A stretch of DNA of 63,392 nucleotides, counting the filler. It is 7 parts of 7 records of this genome, joined end to end, with 100 filler letters (N's around TTAATTAATTAA, not from the genome) between each part and the next. Parts side by side here need not be neighbours in the genome. Positions count along the whole stretch, not along the records: positions 35,646 to 47,091 come from SRR2962707_4035; positions 47,192 to 53,121 come from SRR2962707_4037; 5 more parts are not named here. One strand, 5' to 3'. Every line of letters begins with the position of its first letter. Positions within the stretch are counted from its first letter, which is position 1. Position numbers and translations under genes: made by a program. Under the pieces are notes generated by a model. The model was not told where the DNA came from, did not search any database, and was given only the letters and a program-made list of their open reading frames with translations. Shown in pieces: positions 35,801 through 47,803 of this stretch.

Positions 35801-38800
35801 ATGCCGGGCAGAGAGTCAACCGCACAGGCACAGGTGCGGGGGCACCTCCCGCATGGGTATCTCCGCATCATTGGCCGCAAGAGTGTCCCCGGTAGGATCG
35901 TGTCTGTGGCGGAGGTTCTGTCGGAAGACGAGGCGCCGGGTGGTGCCCGCCACCGCTTTCTGGAGAGCATTCGAAGGGACCCGCAGCGGCTGAAGTCTTA
36001 CGGCAGCACTTTCCGAAACGATGGGCAGCTCATGTCGGCAGCCGAAGCTGCGAAAGATTATCAGGAACGCGTCAACGTGGGGCCGAGGCACCGAATCACG
36101 GACGAGAGTGCCACCATGTGCACTGATTTTTTCGACTTTGGAGCAATCAAGAGCCGCACGGGAGCCGAAGTCGTCATTGAAGTTGACGGGGAATCCGTCA
36201 CGGTGGATGACTCCTCTGGACGTGATGGGGAACGGATGATTCTCCCCTGGGACGAGACTCACGATGACGATTACCTCGATGACTTAACTTTGTTAAACGC
36301 CTTCAGCGAAGCGCCGTTGCTGCGAACCCTGCGTCGGAGATTCCTCGCACTCGACAACATAAGGATCTACACCTACGTCGGCGACATTCTTATTGCTCTC
36401 AACCCGTAAGTGTTTGCCTGCGCCTGCCGGAACCAGCCTCGCAGCGGTGCGTGGCGTGGGTTTGGCGGTGCGATTCATCTTTTGTTTTGGGACTTCCAGG
36501 TACATGGAGTTGCCTGCGCTCGTCAACATTCCAGACCAAAATCTCGTTCAGTATCAGCCGCAGAAAAATCCGCACACATACGCAATTGCTCACTTTGCTT
36601 ACCACAACGCACTTGAAGATGGTGAACATCAAAGTTGCATTGTGAGTGGTGAAAGCGGCGCCGGAAAAACTGTAGCCTGCAAGTACCTCATGTCCTACCT
36701 TGCAGTCCTCAGCTCGAAAAAGGTGCGCGAATGTGACGATAGGCTCACCTTTTCGGCCGTTTGATCCAGTCTGTGTTCCTATGCTCTGGTAAAATTATTG
36801 TGGCTTGCTCTCTGTTGCAGGCGGAAGTGTTGCGCCGCAGCAGTCCTGGAACTGGGAATGGTGCCGGCCAGCAGGCCGTGAGTGTTGAAGCAAAAGTTAT
36901 TGCGTGCAGCCCTTTCTTGGAAGCCTTTGGAAACGCATGTACGCCCATGAATGACAATTCTTCGCGGTTTGGAAAGTTTCTTAAGATATATTTTGACCGG
37001 GGGGTCATGGTTGGTGGGAAAATGGAGCACTATCTGCTTGAGAAAGCTCGTGTAGCAAAGCAGGTAAAGACTGCGATTTTTCCACAAGTTCAATGCCCGC
37101 TGTGTGCATCCACCTGTGTTTGCCGGGCCGTCAGGAGTTCGTCACTTGCCCACTAATTTGACTTCAATGCAACTGTTGCACTGATTGGATTTTCAGGGTG
37201 TCAACTCGCGGAACTTCCACATCTTCTACTTTTTGGTGAAAGGCGCAGATCCGTCCTTGCGCAAGGAACTCAATCTCGTGGACGATGTTACACATTTTGA
37301 CATGATAAAAAGGCTGCCTGTGATCAAGACAAAGGTCCGATTCCGTTGTGAGTGCGATCTGCGCAGTCGCACACATGCATATGGACTCCCCCTCGTAACT
37401 GTTTTCCTGTGCAAATAATCGTGGCGCAGGTACTGGAGCCCCACTACGACCGCGACGAATTTAAGGAGGTGGTAAAGTCCTTGCATGTTGCGGGAGTACC
37501 CGCCGAGGAACAACATCAAATGTGGGTCGTCCTTGCAGCCATTCTTAAGCTTGGCAATGTTCAGTTTGCTCAAGTAAGTGTGATTGGGTTTCAAAAAGTG
37601 CAAGTGTTTTATGCACGCCATGCAGTCGATTGGCACTGACTTCTACGCTTGTGTAGGCCACTGGCATCCCTGCACGAACTGCGGGGCAAGCCGGCCAGAC
37701 CTTTGATGGCTCACGGCCCACCAATACGGCTTTAGTTGCCGAAATCGCCCGCCTGCTTGGTTTAGACGAAGATGGTGAAAACGGCTTAAGCTATTGCCTG
37801 TGCATTAATCGCCGCACGATCCAGGAAAATGTTATCGATAGCGGACTTGCGCCGGCCAAAGCCGCTGAAACGCGAGATGCTCTCATAAAGCAGGTTCGCC
37901 AACTGTGTTTTTATTTTTTTGGTTGCGACACCGCTCCCTGAATCTTGTTGAGGCGAAGTACCCTGCTCTTCTGGATCGGCAACGGGAGTGTCCAGCTGAC
38001 ATTTTTGCGGGGCTTTGGTTGGCTAGATGTATGCAAACTGTTTTGCACGTTTGGTGGACAACGTAAATGCTTGTCTTCGCGTTGAGGGTTCGGGTGATCT
38101 TGACTCGTCTGGATTCACGTCCATTGGCGTCCTTGATATTTTTGGGTTCGAAGACTTCAAAAAGAATTCGCTGGAACAGGTGAGTGTCATCACAACACTA
38201 TCACTGCAATGGTCACGTTAGGTTTGGTTTCCTCATTATTCATTTTAATTTCCATTCCCGGTGGTTGCTTGGCGTGTAGCTTTGCATCAACCATGCTAAC
38301 GAGAAGCTTCAAAATCTGTTTAACGAGCATGTTTTTGAAAAAGAGAAACAAGTGTACGTGTGCGGTGTTGCAAGTGTTGGACGCCGAATTCATTCGCTGG
38401 AATTGAGCGCCCCCTAGAAGTGGCTTGGCACAGACGAAGTTATAACTTCTTTCGCCGTCAACATTGCGCAGGTACCTTGGGGATGGCCTTGCACTGGACT
38501 CCTTGCCTCCACACCAAGACAATACGCCTTGTGTGATGCTTGTAGAGGAAAAACGAAAGTAGGTTACAATGTACACGTTTTCAAAACGTATTGGACTCCC
38601 AAAGTTTGTCACTGTGCCCGACGTGTACTAACTTACTCGCCCTTGTTTTGCTTGGGTATTCGCGCCTCAGGTTTGTTGGAGTCATGGCGAAGCTCGATGA
38701 CCGCAAAGATCGCAAGGACGCCACTGACGAGGCATTTTGTTCGACTCTGCTCGATGCCTTTGGTACGCCCCGGGATGAGGTGGCGATTTTTTGATTGCGT

Positions 38801-41800
38801 ATGGTCTATTATTCGCTTACAGTCTGCTGCTGATGTTGTGTGGCTAGGGCGCGCCAGGGGTGAGCCTCCAAGGAAAGGTGGTGGCGCAAAACAGGCCAAA
38901 AGCACGAAGGATTTTCTAGCATCTGCTCGGCGTATCTACGGTCAAAAGGGGGCTGGCAATAAATATTTCGTTATTTGCCACTTTGCTGGAGATATTAAGT
39001 GCGCAAGCATTGAGTTTTGTGATTGCCGTTTGCGTTCGGTTGTTGTTTGAATGTTTAGCGCGGGCTCGTTTTCACATTCATGGAATACTGTTGGGTCGCA
39101 GATACATGGTTGACGGTTTTATCGAAAAAAATCGTGACAAGTTACCCGAGCAACTGCACTCTATGATGGCAAGCTCCTCTAACGACTTTTTGCGGGAGCT
39201 TTTCACACCCGCGGGAGGTTCGAGTCCAACAGCGCGCCGAAAAGGCAAAGGAGGTCGTGTTGGCAAGGCTCGTGATGATTTTCTTTTGGTTACTTTTGAA
39301 CATTTATTTCCCTGCAGCTGCACGCACAGTTTTTTTTGACTTCTTTAGGTCACTGCGATTCAACTTTTTGGTTTGATCAGGGCAAAGGAAAAGGCAAAGG
39401 GGGAATTACCATTTGTTCCAAGTTCAATGCCAACCTCAGTACCCTGTCCAAAAATCTGTCGGTCACTCACCCGCACTACATTCGGTGCATCAAACCAAAT
39501 GACTTTGCTATGCGCCCCATCGACGGGCGAATTTCGTTCGACATGGCCAAAACGTACGCGTGCTTGAGTGTTTTCTGATTTTACCTGACGCCGTTAGCTA
39601 TTGCATGACTGAGTCTTCTCGAACAGCGCCCGTGAGCCTATTCTCGACAAAATGGCTGCTTTGTGCCATCATTCTGGGCCCGCACGCGGTCACAGGTATA
39701 TGCAGCTACGTTTCGCTGGGGTATTGGAGGTAGTTCGCATTAAGAAGGAAGGCTACCCGTATCGCGAACAATTCGAGCGCTTTTTTGAGCGGCGGGTTGT
39801 CCAGTCGGGCCTTTACCGGGTGTTAAAGCTACCAGCCACTTTTGACAATCCTACCGCACTCAAAAGCGCATGTGAACATGTGTGTCGAACAGTGCTTGGC
39901 GATCCTGCCGTGCAGTCAACCAGCGAGAAGGCCGAAAGAACTGGGGCAATGGGGAATACAAAATCATCATTGCGGTGGCAGTTGGGCAACACTATGGTGT
40001 TTGGCAAAGATGATTTGCCCACCCGTATTATCGAATGGCACCAGCGCCGGGTAGCCAACGATGTGCGATCTTGGTTTCGGTGCGTTTCCTTGAAAGGTCA
40101 CTGTTCCTCGAATCTTGTCCTGGCACCGATGGTAAAACAGCTCATTGTGACTTTTGGACAGGTATCATCACCTTCGAAGGGTGGTGCGGGACGTTCTCGA
40201 CGGTGCCCGGCAGCTTGGCGAGGCATGGCGCGCTGAAGTGATGCGCCGCAAGTACGAAAAGCTTGTTAAAACTGTGGAAGTTATGCAGCGACTCGCAAAA
40301 TGCACTCTGGCGTCCTATTTCCTTCAGCAAAATGTGCAGACGCTGACGGCTACACGAAAGGTGCAAGATGCATGGCGCGACTGGAGAAGCCGCCAAGAGT
40401 GGTTGAAGTTGGTGCAACAAGTGATCCAGGAACGACAGATGCGTCGGGCAGTGAGTATGGTCAAAGCAGTCTGGCGCCGAAAACATCTTCAGTGGCGCTG
40501 GTTGAACCTTGTGGATGATCTTCGCGATCGAAAGATAAAATCAATGATCAACGGTATGCGCCACGCGGTCGTTGGAGGTAAGCGCTGGCAGTCATTCTTG
40601 GGATACGTGTTGCTGGGTTCGGATAGATGTTGTGTCCTCAATTTGACATGGCGTGTTTGCTCCAGCTGTGTTCCGTGGGATTGAACGTCGACGCCTCGGT
40701 GCTCGTCTGCTTGAGAAGTTGGCGCAGATGCGGCTTATGAACCGAGTTCAAGCGCACTGCCGCGGATTTTCGACCCGGTCTAGTTTCAAATTGTTGCAAG
40801 AAAAAAATGCAATGGCCGTCGAGTGCGCGCATGCGGTATGTGCAAAGCTCACAAGGCGTTTCAGCATTTCATTTTCGTGCACGCCGCTTGGTAGTTTTTT
40901 ATTGAATCGAGTTTTGCACTATCGGTTGCTGATGGTGACGACTGACTGCGTGAAAAAGGTCCGCAAATGCTGGTCAGCCTTACGCCTTCGCACGTTGCTT
41001 TTGGAGACCGTGCGGAGAGCGATTATGGTGCAAGCGCAATGGCGGATGGCGTCTGCGCGATTAAATTTCCTCAACTCCAAGGGGTCATGCCTGCAAATCC
41101 AGGCACGTTTGGGGCCGGGCAATTCGTTTCCGTTTTCTTTTCAAAATTTGCCAACGGTCGCTGCATTGGTTCTGTGGCATGGTCAGCGCAACTTGTACAA
41201 GCATTCACGCTGCTTGTGTTTTTGATTCGCTTTGGACTGTGGGCAACGCAGGCATGGTGGCGGATGCAGATGAGTCGCGCGCAAACCATTGTGCTGAAAC
41301 AGGAGGTTCATTTGGTACAGCGCTTCTGGCTTTTAAATCATGCACGCTCATTTTACATGGTGGTTCTCAATGCGGTACGTGGACTTGCGGTTTGTGGTGC
41401 AGGGTTCCAACCTGATGTCGACTGTTTTTGGACGCTGAACGCCTTCGCTGGCATTGTTACACTAGGCAAAGCGCATTGTTGAGGTGTTCAAGAGTGCGCT
41501 ACTTATGACAACAGTGCGAAATTGGGTGCGAGACGGGTTGCGTGCCGCTGTATTGGGCGACGTCGCGACTCTTCGAAGGTTATTGGCGCTTCAGGATGAC
41601 CGCTATCATCGTGTTGCAGAGCTTTTGTCGGAGCGGGTACCAAGTCGTGGTGGCGGTGGCGAGCCACCATATTTTACGTTCGTAGTGCTGCATTGGCTGA
41701 ACACCTCAAGGAATTTTATTCCCGCTCCGATGTGTCGTTTTTTTCTTCGTGATTTGTTTTTGGACACCTGCTTGGGCATGCAAATGATTTACGTAGATAC

Positions 41801-44614
41801 CACGGCCTGGTGAATGTTCGTGATCGCACGTATGGCACCAGTCTCCTCCATGCTGCAGCTCGCTCTAACAGCGTTTCGGCTGTTCGACTGCTTCTGAGCT
41901 TCAAGGTTTGGTGGTCAATATTCGGGTCCTGACGTGCATGGCGATTGCTTGACAAGCAAATTTAAACCCTAACCTTTTTTGGACCATTGGGACAGGCCGA
42001 CCCGGAAGCGGTGGATAAACTTGGGGACACCCCGTTGCACGTTGCGTGCCGGTCTGGCAATGATGGACTGTCAGTGGCGCGTACACTTGCAGCTGCTGCT
42101 GAGTCTTTTGGACCCAGCATGCACAGCTCGTTGGTAGGCCTTCATGGACCGCGCAATGGTGGGGCAGGCTTGCGGCGCCAAGAGCTGCTTGGCCATTCGG
42201 TGCGTGCGCAAAAGTGGGTCTTCATGGCACGGAACGCGGAGGGTGACACGATACTAGACGAGGTTCGTGAGCATCTAGCTAGGATTTTGACAGGGATTGT
42301 CTTCTGACCCAAGCCCACGCTGGCTTCCTGACTGTGTTCACGTGTTCACTTACAGGCGGTGAATTCGCTTCAATTGGGCACTGCAGCCGATAGTCTTATC
42401 AAATGGCTACGCGAACAAGGGGCCAAAGGAAATACCACGGATGTTCAAATGGCACAGCAACAGTTTTCCAGCGCTGCATCCACCGCGTTTAATGGCCAGC
42501 ACAGTAAATCGGGTGACAGGCACTTTGGGCGAGGCTACACAGCTCCCGGACGAAGCGCGCTCGTCTTGAATGCCGGCAACCTCGGAGGCCAAACTGGTTT
42601 CTCGCCCCGCCAACGTGTTGGGGCTGCAACACGATCACGACATTTCATGTACCAAGACAAACGACACAGCGTTGACAACATCGACGCACTGCAAGAACAG
42701 GAAGATATGCAGGAATCCTTAAATTCCAATCCCGTACTGTCTTTTCTGATGATGAACGGTGAGATTGACAACAAGCAAGGAAGGTCGAAGGTGGGAAGGA
42801 ACAAAACAGGCGAGTTGGCTTCACAATTTCCTCAAAACGCCGTACGGCAAGTTTGTGGACACGCGGCCGAAGACGACGGTGACAGTGACGACGGCTACGT
42901 TGATGGCCCCACATTCGGAGATCAAGACTCAAACTTGGCGCGAAGTTTAGGCTACAACCAGCTTCGATTGAATCCGTCGAAGCAGCACGGTGCAAATTCG
43001 ACAATGGCAACATTCCGGTCCAGCTTTGGAGGCTCGTCGGATTCAGCAACGTCCAGATTAGTGCCCGACCGTGGAGAAAGTTATAGAAGCGCCAGACGGC
43101 GTTGGGAAGGGCGACATAGTGCACACCACGCCCTGGGGTTTGCGTTGCCGATCCGTCAACAGCGCCATGCTTCTGAAATGGCTACCAAGGTGCGTTGTGT
43201 TTTTCCGTGTGCGAAAAGTGCGAACACGGGCACGGGACGATTTATTTGTGTTGCGTTCGAGTATCCTCATTGACAGGACTGGTGCTTTCTTGCTTGCTGT
43301 GTGGCAGCCGCGCCTCATTCGCACTGGTGCCCGCAATCGGGATCGATATTTGTCGCATCCAACCACGCCTGCGCGGCCCGATGCTGCAAGAATGACGCCG
43401 ACCTCGCCCGCATTCAGCGTGCGAACTGCTGCTGCGGCAGCTGCAGCACGGCGATACGCAAGTCGCCACCAAAGCATGGACGAAGTGGATTCCCTTCGGA
43501 AAGGACGGGGACCGGAGCCGCACATGTCTGCTTCTGATCCTGCTCGTAACCATTGGGAGGAAGTAATTGCAGAGAATGGTGCAGCTTACCAGTGGAATCC
43601 TGTGAGCGGAGCCGTGCGTTGGGTGGAACCGCTTCCTGAAGAAACGGAAACAAACGACGCTAACGCTCATGCAGATGATAGTGAAGATTCACTTGAGTAC
43701 GAGGCAAAGCATGATTCGTTGTTTGCCCCTCTGCCAGACAGCGTGGAGGTACGTCGGCTGCCCTAGTTGTCAACGTTTGCTTACACGTCAAGGCGGAAGT
43801 ATTCGTGGAGAAGTAGAAAACCAACTCAGTTGTGGCATTCTTTTTTTGTGTAGGCCCTTGCGCATGCGTCTCGGACGCGGGCGGTAGCATTAGCTTTGAC
43901 TGGCGTAGCCGCTCAACCTGTGTCGTCGTCACCCCTTTCAATGAGTCCTACGCACGCCGAAGACATTCGTTCGGTGCGTTGATGTACTTTTTCCATTGGT
44001 CTGAGCATAAACGTTGGAGCATTGTATTGTGTCATGTGCAGTATCCTGATGTTGCAGTTTTGCCGTGTTTTGGACTGTAGGCTGCTTTCGCCCTCTGTGC
44101 CGACATTGATGCGCATACAGACGGTTCTCAAGACAATAGCCATTTGCTGCAACTGGCCGAAGAAAAAGCAGCAGAGCAAGTCCACGCGCAATCCAAAGCG
44201 TATGACCATGTTTCCGCCTCAAGTCCTGCATGGAGGCGGAGTCTTCACCAGGCATTGTTAGCGTTTCGTGTTATTGCAAGTGGAGGTGCTTCTGCGGCTT
44301 CGGCTGCTGGCTGGTTCTTTAGCGATCGCAACGGTCAAGAGTACGGACCATTTCTGGCCGCTGCCATGCGCAGAAGGTTTGTTGACGGAAAACTGCCGCC
44401 AGGGCTGCGTGTTCGCTTCGGAACGGCCACACCCGAATCGACTGCAGACGGTATGTCTTCTTCTGCTGCTGCAACATCACTGGGCATGGATCGCCCAGTG
44501 CCGATCAGTGAGCTCTTTCCAGATGCAGAGAAGGATGCGTTTGCGGCTGATGTGCACACCAGCCGCCATACTCTTCTTGGGGTTTTGGAGCAAGCCGCCC
44601 GCGGCGGCGTGTGA
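35801..44614 (+). CDS. Unconventional myosin heavy chain: N-terminal extension, motor, IQ motifs, ankyrin repeats, WW, GYF-like domain
   Basis: [15 protein letters not shown]-loop [15 protein letters not shown]; switch [11 protein letters not shown]; switch [21 protein letters not shown] motifs (VQAQWR, IQAWWR); ankyrin [38 protein letters not shown]-like [14 protein letters not shown]. Confidence 0.92.
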
Positions 44615-44870
44615 CTGTACCCAGGCGTTAACAAGCAACGCGACAGAAACTTATCGATGCGACTTTGTGGACGGCACGTTTGTGGTTGTCTGAGACGTGC
44701 GATGTGGTTCGCACAAAGGCTTGTACTTTGAGAAAAAGAGCATGGGTGCCTAAACAACAAGAGCTCGGTCTTGCGTGGGCAGAGTTGGAAGCAGGAGTAT
44801 GCGTACGATGATACAAATTCTCTTAATAAGTTATGGTCCTGAAAGATCGCAATCACTTTTTCGACCAGCT

Positions 44871-46787
44871 CTAGCCCCCAACAACGCTTTCGCTGGTCGC
44901 TCGCAGGTAGTCCTCAATGGCTTCTCTCAGGGCACGATTTGGCTGAAGCATCTGTGGTGTAAGTCTGTTTCGAGTGAGGGGGTTCGTCTCACTCTCAGCG
45001 AGCCACTGGAGCAAGCACTCCCTGTCAAAACTCTGGCCTTCGGGCGTAACAACCGGATCGCGCATCACCTCCATTGAGATAGGGCACAGAAACGATGGTG
45101 GTACAGCCATTGGAAGCTGGTTTGCAGAGCACATATCTACTTGGACTGGATGGGGATCTGCAACAGGTGGTGTGGTTGGCTCGGTGGAGTTGTTCTGACG
45201 TTGTCGTCCCCTAGCCCTGACGAACAAAACTAGAATCACGACAACGATCACGAAGAAAACAGCAGCTCCAACACTGGCGGAGATTACGATGACGCTCTGC
45301 AACTGTGTTCGTGCTAGCTCGACCATTGCCTCCAGTGCAGGCCTGCTCGTGGTGTCTGCTGGATGGAGGCGCAGTGTCGTCACTGTGCTGACTTTCCCAT
45401 GTGCGGTCGGACGAGTTGACTGTGTAGCTGTTGGACTGGTGCTGGTGGTAGTTGGTTTGGTCATTGATTGTGCTGAGATAGGGTAAGTGGCAGGGAGCGT
45501 GACTGCTGTTGACAATGATTTTGTCAAAGTGGTCATATCTCTGTTTGGAAGCGAGTGAGCGTTGTCGGGGTCAGTTACGTCAGCATCGAAGTAGGATGTA
45601 CTCGGGTGCAAAGGTCCCCAGTCGCTGGAAGTGGTCGTGGTGGTCGATGCAGGGGCGGTTGTTGCATGCATGGCCGTTGTGGGGATGATCGTCTCTGGGA
45701 CGGTCGTTGCGGGGATGGTCGTTGCAAAAACGGGCGTTGCAGGCATGGCTGTTGCTGGGACGATCGTCCCAGGCACGTTGGTTGCGGGGACGGTCGTTGC
45801 AGGGACCGCCATTGCAGGGATGGTCGTTGCAGGGACAGTTGTTGCATGCATGGGCGTTGCGGGGATGATCGTCACTGGGACGATCGTTGCGGGGGTAGTC
45901 GTTGCAGGGACGGTCGTCGTAGTGGTGATCGTTGAAGTAGACGTCGTTGAAAGGATCGGTGTTGGGGCGGACGAAAGTGTCCAGACGTCGGTAAAGTTGA
46001 AGGAAGAGTAGTAAAAGAAGTCGTAGAAGGAGTAGTCGGCGTGGTAGGAATAGTAGTGTGGGTAGTAGGAGAAGTACGAGTACGAGAAAAGGACATGGTA
46101 CTCATCATACACGCGTGGGACGTGGGGCGTGCTAACCATTGCCGTTGTTGTTGTTGTTGGAGCGGAAGAAGCGCTCCATGAGTAGGCAAAGTTGCGGTAG
46201 TAGGAGGAGTAGGGGTAGTAAGAGCCGTGGGAGCCGTAGGGGTCGTCGGGGTAGTAGGTGTAGGAGTAAAAGTAGAAGGAGTACGCCCTGTAAAAGGGAG
46301 AAGCGTACCCCGTTGTTGATAAAGCTTCCGTCACTGTTCGTGTTGTAGTCACAGCATTGTCTTCACAACTGAAAAAGTAGTGGAGGCAAAGCGGTTCACC
46401 AATGTAGCTGGGCTCGCAAACGCCACAATGAGAACCAAACGTGATGTCGCAAACTTCGGGTGGGCCGCATACACTGCACTCGCAGTCACAGCAAAAATCA
46501 GATCGATCTTCTTTGCAAGGATGGCTGCTTCCGTCGTGCTGAGCGTTGCACATACCGCCAACAACGCAGTCGCCATCATCAAAATCAAACTCTTCACAAT
46601 TGAAGTTCAGACCCCACTGTCCGTCATCGCACAATCCGTCTCCAATCCAGTGAAGAACGCTCGAACAGTCGCTTCCCTGGCAGTCGAGGCACTGCGAAGC
46701 AGTCACTGGGAACAACCAAGTGCACAGTGCGAGCGCCAGCCAAACTTGGCTGTGTGAAGATGTTTGTGTCGAAAAACACTTCTTCAT
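44871..46787 (-). CDS. Intronless single-pass membrane protein: signal peptide, LNR-like Cys-rich domain, Tyr/Ser-rich blocks, mucin-like Thr/Pro repeats, TM helix, cytoplasmic U-box
   Basis: VWLALALCTWLFPVTAS leader; WIGDGLCDDG..NFNCEEFDFDDGDC; TM VIVISASVGAAVFFVIVVVILVLFV followed by RARGRQR; U-box VPPSFLCPISMEVMRDPV..GQSFDRECLLQWL..NPLTR..LQPNRALREAI. Confidence 0.9.
   Translation of the reverse strand: MKKCFSTQTSSHSQVWLALALCTWLFPVTASQCLDCQGSDCSSVLHWIGDGLCDDGQWGLNFNCEEFDFDDGDCVVGGMCNAQHDGSSHPCKEDRSDFCCDCECSVCGPPEVCDITFGSHCGVCEPSYIGEPLCLHYFFSCEDNAVTTTRTVTEALSTTGYASPFYRAYSFYFYSYTYYPDDPYGSHGSYYPYSSYYRNFAYSWSASSAPTTTTTAMVSTPHVPRVYDEYHVLFSYSYFSYYPHYYSYHADYSFYDFFYYSSFNFTDVWTLSSAPTPILSTTSTSTITTTTTVPATTTPATIVPVTIIPATPMHATTVPATTIPAMAVPATTVPATNVPGTIVPATAMPATPVFATTIPATTVPETIIPTTAMHATTAPASTTTTTSSDWGPLHPSTSYFDADVTDPDNAHSLPNRDMTTLTKSLSTAVTLPATYPISAQSMTKPTTTSTSPTATQSTRPTAHGKVSTVTTLRLHPADTTSRPALEAMVELARTQLQSVIVISASVGAAVFFVIVVVILVLFVRARGRQRQNNSTEPTTPPVADPHPVQVDMCSANQLPMAVPPSFLCPISMEVMRDPVVTPEGQSFDRECLLQWLAESETNPLTRNRLTPQMLQPNRALREAIEDYLRATSESVVGG
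45646..45915 (-). repeat. Coding minisatellite: 18 x 15 bp units (consensus gttgcagggacggtc on +), encoding PATT[VI]-type pentapeptides
   Basis: Units in exact 15-nt register from 45646 to 45915; 45661-45705 is near-identical to 45841-45885. Confidence 0.92.
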
Positions 46788-46954
46788 GGCGCAAAGTAAA
46801 CCACTGATTGTGACGGTTAGGGTTGATTTGTGTTGGCTTGTGATGTTGTGTGATTGTTTTCGTGTGTGTTTCGGGGATTCTGTTTCCATTTTTTCTCTGT
46901 GACTTGACTCGCACTCCGCAGGCATGGCAAGTTCGGAGTGAACGGGATGTCGTT

Positions 46955-47091
46955 GTTTCTCTTGAAACCCTCGCGCTCTCTCTTGAAACTCTCTCTCTCT
47001 TAAAACTCTCTTGAAACTCTCCCTCTCTCTTTCTCTGTCCCTCTCTCTCTCTCTTGAGCTTTCCCTCTTGAGACTCTCCCTCTTGAGACTC
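46955..47091. repeat. CT-rich repeat built on a CTCTTGAAACTCT/CTCTTGAGACTC unit
   Basis: Several copies of ctcttgaaac/ctcttgagac embedded in (CT)n. Confidence 0.8.
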
Positions 47092-47191
47092 NNNNNNNNN
47101 NNNNNNNNNNNNNNNNNNNNNNNNNNNNNNNNNNNTTAATTAATTAANNNNNNNNNNNNNNNNNNNNNNNNNNNNNNNNNNNNNNNNNNNN
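47092..47191. other. Artificial contig spacer
   Basis: N-run with central TTAATTAATTAA. Confidence 0.97.
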
Positions 47192-47330
47192 CACTCACTC
47201 ACCCACTCACTCACGCACGAAGACTCACTCATTCACTCACTCACCCACACAGACTCACTCTTCACTCACTCACTCACTTACGCAGACTCACCCATTGACT
47301 CACTCACTCACACACGCAGACTCACCCGCT
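47192..47330. repeat. (CACT)n-type simple repeat with a recurring agactcac unit
   Basis: cactcactcacccactcactc...cagactcac repeated. Confidence 0.85.
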
Positions 47331-47803
47331 CGGTAAAGCGAAACATCCCGACTGTAGTGCACGAGTTCGCTTTTGTCTTATTGTTTTTTGCTTTCTTTTT
47401 GTTTTTTTCTTCTTTTTCCGGTCAATTTGTACTGGGAGCAACGGGTATTTCAGTAACTGGTATTCCAGTGCTTCGAACACTTCTCGTTCGCTGGCTCGCG
47501 CTTGCTTTTGTTGATTTGCTCACTCATCGCTGTGAACGCTCACAACCCATGAGATCCATCGATACGTGGCCATGAGGAAGCGCAGGTGGTACTCACGCTG
47601 GGTTTGGGTTAGGGTTAGAGTTGGGTTTGCAGCAGCGGGGCATGATTTGCAGCATTCGAATAGGGTTCCAACGGTGGCGGTTGCTGTGGGCGCAATAACG
47701 GCCTGAACACACATACACATACACGCTCATTCGCGCACATACACGCTCATTCGCGCACATACGCGCACATACGCGCACACACGCACGTGCCTGCGAAGAT
47801 CAG

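Noticed and set aside
45646-45915. CRISPR-like array
   Set aside because: Contiguous 15-nt units with no unique spacers, in frame inside a CDS, and no cas genes.
47599-47628. Telomere
   Set aside because: Only about five degenerate hexamers (gggttt gggtta gggtta gagtt gggttt), internal to the contig.
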